A stretch of 64,000 nucleotides of DNA from Oopsacas minuta (Eukaryota > Animalia > Porifera): NCBI GenBank assembly GCA_024704765.1, contig JAKMXF010000018.1, positions 1 through 64,000 of the forward strand, written 5' to 3'. The translations under genes were made by a program, and so were the position numbers. This document shows positions 36,196 through 56,181 of this stretch, one piece after another. The notes beneath the pieces were generated by a model that was not told the origin of the DNA, ran no database searches, and saw nothing but the letters and a program-made list of their open reading frames with translations. Position 1 is the stretch's first letter, and each line of letters starts with the position of its first letter.

Positions 36196-36464
36196 ATGTA
36201 TATATTGCTGTGATGGTTTCTATTTGATTGTAAATTTTGCTTGAATCAATAAATATCTTACATTCTTAGTAACTCTGGGACCTATTGCCCTTCCACAGAG
36301 GACAGCAGGGGTCCACAGGATCTCAAGACTTATATTACAGGATATGGGCGGGAGGCTACTCGAACACCTATCATGTACGTTTAATTTACACCTGTAATAT
36401 AGAGACCTAATTACTCACTAACAGTTATATACACACACTAAAGCTAACTAAGATCTGTTCTCTA

Positions 36465-43809
<7,345 letters not shown>

Positions 43810-46745
43810 GTTGCTATATTTAGAACTGAAGATAGGGATTAATCATATATTGTTATTTATATAAGCTAAGAGACCATTAAACACCCACAATAAGGGACCA
43901 ACAGAGGAACCTCGTTAGTGAGAACTTTGGATAAAGCGAGTAACATATCTAATCTGTTTTATGGAAGTAATTATCACGGACACTTTAGATTATATAATTA
44001 TCACACATACAATAATATGTGGTGTAAGAGGGAGGCATTACTAAAGAGCTGTGTCTATGTAGAAGGGAAAAGATAGTGTTAGTGGATGATAAGATTAATC
44101 TTATAATATTCTGACAGTCTCTTAATGAATGGAAAGACAAATAAAATAACATCACAACAGAAGGCTAGACCCTGACACAGACTCAAGTACCTCCCTACCC
44201 TAACAGACACACAAATAGAATACACATACTATAGATATATTAATATATAAGACTACTATATCGAAATATGATATATCTAGCTGAGATTACCATAGACTAT
44301 CTTTATAATACATCTATAACTAGACAGGACTATAACCGAGGCTGTGTCAAACGTGACGTAACGCTACAAGGGAAGCGGGGTGGTATGCAAAGTGTGACAC
44401 ACCCATTTCGGTCTCTAATGGTCCCTTAGTACCCTTACTGGTATCAGTTACTATCTAGCAAATAGCAATTTCCTCATAGTATCAGAGTTATGTAACATCA
44501 TATACAACACCAATGAATGGTAAGCTTGATAGCATAGGAGATGGGATAGAGTAAGATATGGGTTGTTATTATGATGTATATCACATAGTTATTCATAGGA
44601 CATAGCAACGAGTATTTGAGAGAGGTATTGGAGCGATGTCAATATACAGGACCCCAGACTTCACGGGGCTATAACCAACACAGGAGGCGGAGGGGTTCGA
44701 ACCTAGCACTCTCGTGTTCGGCGGCTATGCCGTCACATACCTACATTTATGGCAAAAACATAACCACACGCTCTTCAATAATTTCTATCAACTAGTTTAG
44801 TAATTAACACCCATTATTTGTTAATTATCATATTCGCCATCCACAGCATATGTTCTTAGCAACATCTCTGGTATTACAATATGAATAATTAGATTATAAA
44901 CTAGTTTGTGTGGTGCTTAGGAATGCTATGCACTAGTGGGTGATAACAAATTGTATAAGAAAGGAGCCTAAGAGGACAGGAAATTAGAGAACTGCTATCA
45001 CTGGCTTAGTGCCTAGAATATAAATTAACTATCCCCTGCTCAAACATTTCTAATATTCTATTAAAGCAAATTAGCTAGAATTTGTAAATATATAATAGGT
45101 GTCAAAATATGCAGAAGAATCCCAGAATTATGGAAATATTTATATAAATATTCAACTACAAACAGACACTGAAACCAGTGTTATTTATCCGTATAAGTAT
45201 CACACAATGTAGCTGACAGATACCACATTTCTCATATTATTATTAGCATATTTACAGAATAGTTGCATATTTTTTACACCTTTTTAGTGACAACAGAAGT
45301 TTGCGTAATTGTTTTATTCGATAATTCCATTAAACCCTATATACAAATATTCCTAATGAGCTGATGCTTCCAGTAGCTCTCTTCAAGGATGTTAATTTTA
45401 CCTTAGCAACTCGTTAACCGCATAGGAATGTATACACGGCTGATTTCTTTGCTGATATTATACAATGTGGCAATAAAGAGTTAACTACATTCCTGGAATA
45501 TAATGTACATAATCGTTGCTAGGCAACATAATATCATAAAAGAAATTCATCAAAGGTTCATTTAAGTTACAGGTGATAGTTCCAATTTGATAGCCACAGG
45601 GTTATACAACAAATATAATGTTCAGCAATCTAAGATTGTGAGAAGCTGTAAGGCCCGCGGGTTCCTAAGATATGGGCGGGAAAGTTGTACCAAGGGGGTC
45701 ACGGATTAATTAGGATAGGAAATGGGACGGTAGGGTCCAGCCCTCTCCGCAGATGTTATCCTTACTAAATATAATATCTTTATGATCATGTTAGAGTAAT
45801 TAATAATCTGGGGAAGGATATACACCAAATTACATGAATTACAGCTTCTAGGCGTTAAATGAGATTATTCATCTGTGCATGCCATATGATATCTAATTAA
45901 TAGCGGGTGATTTAATATATTCCTGAGTGAATAGTTCCATATAAGATCGTAACTATCTGGGAGAGGAGCCCACCTTGGACGGTGTAGCAGTAATTCAATA
46001 ATAGCAGATGCAGTATTTGTATCTTTTGATGTTATATTTGAGGGGCAATGCTCTTCTTATCTAGCGCTGTTCGAATTAGTTCAGAGTTGTACTTTCCTTA
46101 AAATATAGCAATAATTATGTATTAGCCCACAGTGTAATTGGATGGAATTAGGTCTTTAGAATATTCTAGAACATCTTTCAAGAGCTGGGGCGTTGGATTA
46201 CACACGTTTTTACTGTAATTGAATAAATAATATCGAAAGAATTATGATAAGAGAGGTGTTATCTTTATTGTCTAGTCATATTGACTTACAGATAGTAATA
46301 ATATATTTAGGCGGGGAAACACCTGCTTTCACGCGGGAAAAATTGATAAAAAATGAAGATTTGAGGCTGGGAAAATGAAAAATTCTGAGATAAAGTTCAG
46401 AAAATTTCCTTCTAATCGATTAAGGACAAACGCAGTTGCTTAAGATGGAAGGTTACATTCCAACTAACAAACGCGGTAACTATAATACTGTATTATTAAA
46501 CACCTAGTCTGTAAGGTTAATGTTAAACCATCTATTTTCAATATATTTTCAATTTCGCAGAGACACAGCTAAACTCTAGACAGCATATGTATGTACAACA
46601 ACAAGAACAACAAGAACAACAAGAACAACGAGAGGACACATTAACGTAGTCCAGCTGAACTTTAAACTAAGGTCTATACAGTTAGTCTAAACATAAGGTA
46701 AAGTATAAATAGACGAATATACAACATTCAATATTAATATACAAA

Positions 46746-48176
46746 ATGCTATCTGTTAGTGTAATATTTATAATCCAGGTTATTACTGTATGCTGGAGCA
46801 GGTCAATACCTGATGCCACACAACCACCCACATTTAATCCGCGGGATCTATGGGATATGCTGAATACAGTAGAGGATGAAGAGAGGACAAAGGAGTACTC
46901 AAGGTTCGAACCTGTGTCACAAAGATTCGGTACTTCACCTTCCTCATTATATCTAATGGAATTCTACAGATTGATTGGTGAGGATCAGCTGATTGATTCT
47001 ACTATTAGCACATTCAGTGCATCAACATTTGAAGGTGATAAATATATAATATATTCTTAGTTTCAGTAGATATATACACTGATTACGGATAAGTGAACGA
47101 ATATTTACGCATAATCAGTTCCCTACAATGATTATTCAGTTGGTATTACTCCGGTTAATACAAACATAATTTGAAAGTCTGTTGGTGTTGGTATTAACGA
47201 ATTTCTACAGTATTTAATATCCCAGAGATTGCGAAAACACCTTTTAAACAACTCCACTTAATCCGGATAAGTTCCCGTAATAAACGTCTCCAATATTCGT
47301 ATACAGACACAGATATACATAATTCAAATATGATGACTATTGTCTGTAGCTTAATTAGACATGTAAGGTTCTGGTAAAAGCTCTCTCAAATACGTTAATT
47401 AATTCAGATTACTTATTGTAAGGATTTTAATGGATTCTGGCGCCGTACTATTGAAATAGATATGTTATGACCAACACGCAACCATACATATTGCTAATTT
47501 ACAGAATGCAACTGGTTACATTGTGTGTATTGAAATTGGTTTTAGAATTAGAAAGGCAAATGCGTTACAAGAATATTTGTAAGCAAATAAGATATTCTAT
47601 TTCCTACAACCAAATTGGACAGCATATGATGTAACGTAAACATTTATGAATATGTGTCTGAATATTGTAATCGTATTCTCCTTTCTAGATATAAACCAGC
47701 TACGATTATCAAGACCTAATTATCAACACCTCTACAGGATGGTACTATCTAAATCTGCTATAAAAGAGCACTACACTGAGGGTACAGACACACAACTGTG
47801 GATACCTATATACAACCATGAGCTTATCAGACAAATAAACAAAACAAAAAATGATAATTTAAGGGTTTGTATAGCTCAGAAAGATAAGAGGAAGACTCAG
47901 TATTGCTACTTCCTAGACACAACACAACTCGACTTAACTGAACCAAACGGACACTCATGGATAGGCATAGATATAGCTGAACTAACGAGATTAGAAATGG
48001 CATCAGGAAATGACAAGAAACACTTGTATTTATACTTCTCATTGAGTGGGTGTGTGGCAGTGAATGACAGATGTAACTCAGTAAGCCTATTGGATGATAG
48101 TTACGTACAAGTATTGAAACTAGCTAATCCACGTGTTCCTTTTGTCATAATGACAGATGTGATGTCACTTACTTGA
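46746..48176 (+). CDS. Secreted 258-aa protein resembling a TGF-beta family prodomain, with no mature cystine-knot domain; exons 46746-47034 and 47689-48176
   Basis: Signal peptide; SLYLMEFYR (cf. YMLDLY helix); STISTFS (cf. NTVRSF); GHSWIGIDIAEL (cf. GWLxFDVT); LYFSLSGC...C; PRVPFVIM (cf. PFLVxF); then a stop. Phase-1 GT/AG intron. Confidence 0.68.
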
Positions 48177-48403
48177 TTTGTGTTAAATATACGTTTCGTA
48201 TATTAAACTTTATAAATAATATAACACTTAAAAAGGTGTGAAAATCCGTATACAGATGGGTCAGAAATGTGAGGGGGGTATAAGGGTTACTCCCTTGGAG
48301 GCTAAAAGGGACCCTATAAGGTCTAATAACTAAATTATAAGCTAAATACAATAGTTATAACCTGGATAATGTACATACAATTAGAAGCACTAGGATGAGG
48401 GGG

Positions 48404-49579
48404 TCATGTAGATCTGTTGGGATTCTCTGGGGATCTCTCCCACTCCTTCCACACTAACTGTCGTACTTGTGCCAAGCGGAGAGAGGGATGGGCCTGTCGT
48501 AAGAGAGGAAGGTGCTCTCTCTCGAACGTAATGTAACCAACCTGTGATCTCTTATCTGTAGCCTCGTAGTTAGCACCGTTAAGCACGTGTATAGCTTGAT
48601 CTATCGATCTAGCATCTCCTGACCCAGGGTCTAGTCTATACGAATAATAATAAATCTCAAACCGTATGTAAATAATCGTGTTAGACATTTGAAAGTGTCA
48701 AAATCGAATTCTACGTCCCTGTTTACCACAAATTAGCAGGTGGAAGCTAATCTCTATGATAGTTTGTAATATTGATAAAAAGGTGTGATAATATGAATAA
48801 TCATATGATATATAAACAAAATATGATCACCTGTTAATTGTGTGATTGTAGTTCTCCTGGAGAGGAATATCGGTTACTATGGCAACGGGTTGTTTAGGTG
48901 TTGCTGAGGTTATATTTGCTTGGATTTGAGCTTGAGTAACCTTTTCAGGGTTTGATTTACCTAAACAATTTTCAACCAATAGAATATCAGCCTACACAGC
49001 TGATAAATAATCATACAACAGGACAACACATTTTGTCACCTTTTCTTCAAAGTATTACGCGACTATAATTAGCGAACAATTGACACCAGATACAGATATA
49101 ATGTATATCAGCTGATTAGAATTCGGTTAATACGAACACCAACGGACTTAACCTGTAATTCGTATTAACGAGCTTCCATTATAAGCCGGTTACTTAATCG
49201 AGCACTTATCCAGAAACAGGGACAAGCTAAGCTGGTCCCCGATTTGATCCTATTAGCGTAGTCCAGTGTATTTGATATCAGCTGTTCAGATACAATATGG
49301 TACATATTGGTACTGACCCTTGGGTTTAATTTGACTATCCATCAGTTGATTATCCTCAGCTGCTAATCTCTTTAGCTCAGCTTTCTTACTAATATCATCA
49401 AGACGTTTAGCCTCCTTATCTGACTTCCTCTGTAATTTCCTCTGTGATAACTTATCCTCATCTTGCCAGTAAGCATCCATCCTTTCTTTCTCAATAGCTA
49501 AAGAGGCAACTGTCTTCTGGGCAGTCTTCCGTTGTTTAGCTGCCTCTGCTTTAGGATGGTTGTATTTCTGTTTACGCAT
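48404..49579 (-). CDS. CCDC124: CCDC124/Lso2 (ribosome hibernation factor family); three exons
   Basis: N.KAEAAKQRK...DAYWQDEDK..QRK..RK, ARSIDQAIHVL, and LPLLRQAHPSLRLAQVRQLVWKEWERSPENP. Confidence 0.88.
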
Positions 49580-49825
49580 TATATATAATGTGTGCTAATT
49601 TTAGAATTTATTAAGTGTAATTAATATTTCACACCTTACATGATAATGTAATCACTTGTCTCGAGAGCAGTAGACCCCCGCTGTCGTCCGTGTACCCAGG
49701 TTGTAGAATCGGACATACATATATGAAATATACGTGATAATGACTGACCAATAGGATGTCAGGGTTATAGAGAACTTCAGCTGCCCTCAGAGTATAAATA
49801 GAAGTGTTAACAGAAAAGTGTTAAA

Positions 49826-50987
49826 ATGCATAACTACGGTTGTATCCTATTGGTATGTATACTGTATATCGGAGGTGTTATGGGGTGTCGGATGCTGGTG
49901 GAGGTGGATAGTAACCAGGGATGGAAACTGTTTGGTAAGTTCATAATACGGGTAGGAGGGAATGAATTCCTAGCGGCTACTTCTGTTGTCAGTGAAAAAT
50001 TGGTACTCAATGAAGTATCAGGTCCTAAATCTCTTTGGGTGAGTAATGATTTGTTTATTTGTTTATTTGTTTATTTATTTGTTTATTTATTTGTTTATTT
50101 ATTTGTTTATTTATTTGTTTATAGTCCTATCGTGACGGTATGATAACCAACTTATTTCACAAACAAGTCGTAACTGTAGATTCAAATTTCTTAGTTTTAA
50201 CTGAGCCGGCTGATCCCCCTACACCCTCCCAGGTATTTGAGTACGTTAACGGGACCCTGTGGAACAGAGAGACAGACCTATATCTCACTGGATGGGGAAA
50301 GAATCAGACTGCAACCCTTGAGGAGAAGGGAGGAGGGTGCAAGCAACGGCAGGTGACATACCTCATGAATGAGCAATGGTCACTAGTTGGTACACAGGTG
50401 ATGTCTGCACTGACTGGATTAGTCCTTACTAGGAAGGAGGGAGTATCAGAGGTGTATGCTCTACCTTATAATGCTACTGATAAGTAAGTAAATAACAACA
50501 GGATTGTGATTATTCATATTTTGAATAATCACATATTACATACCATGAATCATAGCATTCTATACATGAATATATTCACCAGCTCCCCTAACGTACTTCT
50601 GTGACGTGTTATATCCCAGTTTCCATGGTTACCTCGTTGGTATCTGGCTATACACCTCAGTGAGGGAGGGTGTCATACCAGGGGCTAAAATTAATACAGT
50701 ATATACATATTTTGACACCTTATCAGATATTAATAACTAAATTACTGTCTAGATCACTTCACCAGGATTGGTATTTTGGATTAGGGAAATTTAGAAATGC
50801 AGACTTTATTCTGACAGCTCTACCCTCTGGTCAAGGAGTTGCAGAAGTCTATGAAATAGGGAAGAATTTTGATCAGCTGTTCTATATGGCTAACGGATTT
50901 ATACGTAACCTTAAAAGCAAGATGGCTATGTATATTCCAAAGGACGGTAGCAGTATCCGGTTTAGAAAAGAGCATGTATTCTTTTAA
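49826..50987 (+). CDS. Secreted beta-trefoil (ricin-B-like) repeat protein, ~268 aa; exons 49826-50038, 50125-50483, 50753-50987
   Basis: Signal peptide, then repeated QxW/F-type units: SLWSYRDGMITN, SQVFEYVNGTLWN, NEQWSLVGTQVMSALTGLVL, HQDWYF, DQLFYMANGFIRNLKS. Confidence 0.6.
50506..50655 (+). repeat. ~140-bp dispersed intronic element shared with 54852-54990 (inverted on the + strand, sense to the host gene in both cases)
   Basis: Shared blocks TACATACCATGAATCATAGCATTCTAT, CTGTGACGTGTTAT.TCCCAGTTTCCATGGTTACCTCGTTG and TGGCTATAC. Confidence 0.8.
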
Positions 50988-51069
50988 TTTAGTGTATTTA
51001 CATCAAAATTATCGAATATACAATCTAGTAGCATATAAACAAACACACAATCAAACAAACAAACAATAT

Positions 51070-52519
51070 TTATGTCATATTCCTTCTGTTTGTGAAACAG
51101 CATTTACTATTTGATCTTGCTTGGATAATAGCTTTATCGGGTAAATTTACTTTTATATCCTCTGCGGGCATGAGACCCCCTTCAACACCTCTAAAGTGTC
51201 CCTTTTTAATAATGGCATCCCCCAGTTGTTGGAACATCATTTGAGTTTTAATAGTATCAGTAGAAGATGTCTCTATGTAAGGAATATTCTTGTTAGTGGA
51301 GAATTTGTCTATTTCATCTCTTGGCACCTTTCTGTCTAAGTCACACTTGTTACCGACGAGTAGCATAACAAAGGTGTCTATAGAGTGTGTATTAATATAC
51401 GTGGTTAATCAGGTACCCTAGAGGAAGATCTCCAGGGGACAGAGGCAAGGGAGGAGGGGCTATGATTATAAATACCCGTACACACTCTTAAGTATTATGT
51501 AACCAGCTGTCACGGGAAAAATTGTTCGAATTATTGGGTATACAAATTTAGAGTTGTTAACTGTATATAGTAGTCAAAAGGTGTAAGAATTATTGTGTAT
51601 ATGAATGGGGTGTAAGGAACATATAGCTTACCTTCTGATGTGTTTTCATACACATAGTTTATCCATTCTTCTAACTTCCAGAATGTCTTAGGGTTGTTAA
51701 GATCGAACACTAATAAGACCCCTGAAATATTCCTGAAGTAAGAGCTAGACAGAGAACGGAACCTTTCTTGTCCTGCGGAGTCCCATATATCAACAGCTAG
51801 ACGGGAGTCTGTTGGTTTAAGTCCTTCTAGCTCATTCTGTGTAAATATGTGTAGATGATAGTCTATACCTAGATAGAATACGCTAGATAACCAGGGAGGG
51901 GGGACAGGATAACTAGATAACCAGGGAGGGGGGGACAGGTGAACTAGAGAACCAGGGAGGGGGACAGGGGATCTCTAAACAAATGCTACTACAATAGTAA
52001 CTCTATAATTATACGTGAACAATGTTTGTTTGTGTACAGAATTGATGGAAGAACTGGAAAGAGCCACATATTTGAAATTTGGTATGAGTGTAGAATATGA
52101 TATACAAGTTAAGTAGTTTGTATATACCTCACACTGTAGATTGAATTTATTACATTTGATTCTAACAAATATGAGATTATGCTGTGATTATGTTATACAC
52201 ACCCTCAGGGTACCTCTATACAAGAAGTACCCTCAGGGTGGAAGTAAGCTTCGATTGACCATTTTAGAACTGAGCCACTAGAATATGTAATATAGTATTA
52301 GTCAGCACAGTAAAATTAAAATTTGTTACCTATAGTAGGACTACACATGGGTTCAAACACCCCTGTAGCCAGCTGTTTAACCAGACTAGTCTTCCCAGTA
52401 CCAGAATCTCCTATTAGTATAACACGTGCTTTGGGTATATCATGACTTGATGCTATTCCGTCAATGACATTACTCTCCTGTATGTTTGTCCTATCAGATA
52501 TTGTATTGATCTCTATCAT
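51070..52519 (-). CDS. Divergent Rab-family small GTPase; exons between switch I and G3 unresolved
   Basis: G1 LIGDSGTGKTSL, PTIG, G3 IWDSAGQERFRSL..SYFR, G4 LVGNKCDL, and YIETS. Confidence 0.8.
51883..51968. repeat. Three ~30-bp G-rich tandem repeats in a Rab intron
   Basis: CTAGA(T/G)AACCAGGGAGGGGGG(G)ACAGG repeated three times. Confidence 0.85.
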
Positions 52520-52868
52520 ATAGCTAGCTGCTATAACTTAAGGATATGAGGGATCAGTGGTTACTAAACTGGGAACATTGGCCAACTTAAATACTTAGTT
52601 AAATAAATCGAGCAACTGCCTGGATACAATAATTCACAATAGGAATGTATGAGATAATAGTATTGTAAAATTCCCGCTTATATATCACAAGAAAATCTCA
52701 ATAATTATATGAATGTTACTAAAAATAGATTGAAAGTAAAATAATGAATTATTGACACAATCATGCTGTACGTGTTTCAGTAATTGTGTGAGTAATATAT
52801 ACAACAATAAAACAAACAAACAAACAAACTGGAGGAGTTTATATTAATTAAAATGTAGAATTAATGAA

Positions 52869-54379
52869 TCATGTATTGGTGATATCTTTCGGTATTAAAA
52901 CATCATCTGTATCAGCTGCATACTCGTTACCAGATTGGTCGTTATCATCAGAATCTGTCTGTTCGTTATAGTCATAATAAGGATCATCTATGTCCTCCAG
53001 GAATTCACAGCCAGAGTCATTCTCCTTGTCTAACAGACTGGATTGAGATTCCAGACGAGGCTTAGACATAGCTAGATACTCCTGTAGTGTTAACGGTACC
53101 TATATGGTATAATTGAGTTGATGTTACTATTTACCAGTCTGGTTTTATACTGGATACAGTAAACTCTGGTTATAACGAAGTGCTCGAGGCCTGACCCCGC
53201 TTCATTTCGTAATATCGAGAGTTGATTGTATTTTCAAATATTGTCCGTTATACAGAGCCCTATCACTTAACTAATAGCATATCAGTCTAGACATAGTCAT
53301 AACCTTCAAATCTGATAGGTGGACACATTTGTTACCTTTTCTCAGGAATGTATGAATATTCATATTATTTGTTATAAATCAGATCGCTTTACAAATAATT
53401 AACAAATTTGTAGCAAATTCCATTTCTCGAATAAACTACACTCAATACATAACTATGTTACCTTCACGTTGTCCTTGATAGCTTCCTGTCTAGAAAGCTC
53501 AACCTGTTCCTGTACTATCTTACTGTACTCTTGACTCCCTTTCTTACCCTCTTTCATCTTACGGTACATCACAGAGGCGTCAACATTCGCAGCTGATGAG
53601 GTATTTGGCTCATTCAGTAGAGATTGTACAGAGAGTAGAATAGTTCGTACTGATTGAGTAGGATTCCATCTAAAATAATAACATACATTCCATTGCAATT
53701 ATAGTGTAACTATGGATACTGACCTCTCGTTAGGAAGCTCTCCACTGAGTGGATCCTCTCCCGGGGGATGTAAGATAGAAATACAGACCTCTCCATTCAT
53801 GTACACGTTAGGATGCCAGAGAGAGGTCTTGAAGGCGAACTTAGGGGGCGAGTAAGGATAATCAGGCGGGAAAGTCATCTTAGCTTTGAAGTACCCCCCA
53901 GCATAAGGGGTGTCAGGTGGACCAAATATCACTACGTCCCATTCCAGGATGTTAAGCTCATTAGCCTATTAAATTTAATTCATATATTAGGTGTGAAAGT
54001 ATTCACATGGATAATCTCACATATGGCCTGGTTTCGCAGAATACAGTGTATACAGGTTATGAGAACATCCTTGGTAGTATCGATACACATGTTATTATAA
54101 TCGGTAAATATACAGGAATATAAGAGAACCGGTTTCCAGAGGATGGTGGTTATAACCGGCATCTACTGTATTTAGAACTGGTCCCTATGGGTCAGCAGTT
54201 TCCAACCTTATTCACCCGTCGTGGCCCCCTGCTGTCGTCCGTGGATCACCTGCAGTAAATACATAACTTACATCAATAATGAATCCTTCTAACGGTTCTT
54301 TAACCATTTTGCTTAATTCATTCTGGAGAGTCCTCTGACAAATACTTGGTGTTGCCAGGGCAGAGGATATGGATGCCAT
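52869..54379 (-). CDS. UBE2R2: Ubiquitin-conjugating enzyme E2 R (Cdc34); four exons
   Basis: [89 protein letters not shown], and an acidic C-terminal tail. Confidence 0.93.
53157..53228. mobile_element. 72-bp TA-flanked MITE with CAGT-type TIRs
   Basis: TA|CAGTAAACTCTGGTTATAACGAA ... TTCGTAATATCGAGAGTTGATTG|TA. Confidence 0.6.
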
Positions 54380-54591
54380 CTAGCTAACACGTCAAAATCA
54401 TAGAACATATATTAGATATATACATATAGAAGTGTGATAAATTAATGTGTGTGTGAAATAAACAAGCAATATGAATAGACATACATATCCTCAGCATAGC
54501 AACCAAATACACAAATAAACAACAGCTGTCTGCTGAGGTGTTAGAAATATAAAAGACATTAAAATATTGATAATGGATAAAATATGTAACT

Positions 54592-55475
54592 TCAATGTAT
54601 CACTGGTTTAGGCTTAGTTTTGATTGGAGGAGGTTCTGCATTCCTGACTGGGGATTTGTTTGCTGGGGTGATACTTTTTATCACATTAGTCATACCGAAT
54701 GTGTCAGATTTCGCGAGTTTGTTTTTAGGTGTTAAATTCAATTCTATATCTCTTTCTATCTCCGCCAGCATTTTGTATATATCTTGTATAATCACGTCAG
54801 ATTTTGTTTGAGGTCTAAATAATGAAAAGTAACCTATAAGTATGGAAATAAAGGTATAGCCAAATAACAACGAGGTAACCATGGAAACTGGGACATAACA
54901 CGTCACAGAGTTGGTGAATAGAATGCTATGATTCATGGTATGTAGTCCCCGTCCAATGGTGCTAAAATATGAATAATCACCCCAGCTACTATTCTAGGTG
55001 TTAATAAGATAATAGTAACTGACTTTGCTTTCGGCTTAGGAGCTGTCACTAAATAAAAATTAGAATTATAGTTTTCATAGTAACAGGGTTATTAGATAGG
55101 AATGTTATACATACCAGGATGCTTAGCCTCCTCCGCGGGTATTACATGCAGTAGATCTTCCAGGTCGTTACCTAGTGAGGTATCGTGAGATCTGTTCGGG
55201 GGAGGAGGGGGCAAGTCGTCATCCAAAGAGAGAGCTAACTCCAGGTCTGATTCCTACAGGTGTTAGAAATAGGATATAGTTACAGAAGGTTCAACTAACT
55301 ACATACAGAGTAACCTCCACAGACTGGCCCTGTAGAAACCGAGTGGAAAATAAATTGAGTGAATTCCTATCACATCTTTTGTCTGGTTACATATATGTGT
55401 AATAGGAATGTGTGAAGTTACCTGGGGTACATCTCCCAGTACAGCTTCCAGAGAGGGTGAGGATGCACGTGCCAT
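54592..55475 (-). CDS. Small Pro/acidic protein of unknown family in ~5 short exons; possibly alternative 3' exons of the Gab-like gene
   Basis: Phase-compatible exon chain MARASSPSLEAVLGDVPQ|GQSVE|ESDLELALSLDDDLPPPPPNRSHD..KHP|VTAPKPKA|KPQTKSDVIIQDIYKMLAEIERDIE..PKPVIH*. Confidence 0.5.
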
Positions 55476-56181
55476 CTAATTTCTAATATAAAACTAGAGT
55501 AAACATAAACAATCACCTCTATAAGAATTACAGATAAACAATAAGCCAATTATTAATGCGATAATGAAAATATGGCAGTAGTTCTCAACCTCTGAGGCTC
55601 ACGGATCTCTCGGCGGTCTATTAAATGTCTTAAAATGGTACAGGGGGTACAGGGGAGGATCGCTTCTGTAGAGATACTAACAGACACCCAGGGAGATCAG
55701 AGGAGGTCTGTAACCCCTGTACTTGAAGTAAGTATAATAACCTATACTATGAATATTATTGATTATAGCAGATTAATACTCGAAGAAATGCAGTAGAATC
55801 CTTAAATTCTAGAAGAATAGTCTTACAAGAAACCAATTAGTTAGGATTGATTGAGTGCGTATTTGAAATATCTCCCTAATCAAGTTCTTAAGGGTTAGAT
55901 GGATTCTGATAGCGGGAATTTGTATAGCTTATAAGATAACCGGTTAGAAGACCCGTGCGACCATCGCCGGATAAATAAGAATTTGCTTCCAGCCTGCTCT
56001 GTTCTTATAAGCAATAACCTCTCCAGGGTCCGACCCTATATGTAACTAAGAATAGCTCTAACTTATGAAATAATAAATCAGGCAATTATAGCTAGGAATT
56101 AATTCAAATCGTAAAATATACAAAAATATAAAACAGCTGTAAAATATAAATCCATGCAAAGAGCATATCTACAATTCAATT

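Noticed and set aside
44660-44755. tRNA-like segment with a B-box (GGTTCGAACCC on the minus strand)
   Set aside because: No A-box, acceptor stem or anticodon arm could be folded. At most it is a decayed tRNA-derived SINE head.
46596-46635. (AACAACAAG)n repeat upstream of the TGF-beta prodomain-like gene as a hidden poly-Gln/Asn exon
   Set aside because: It is short, and no open frame connects it to the signal-peptide exon. Most likely a 5' UTR microsatellite.
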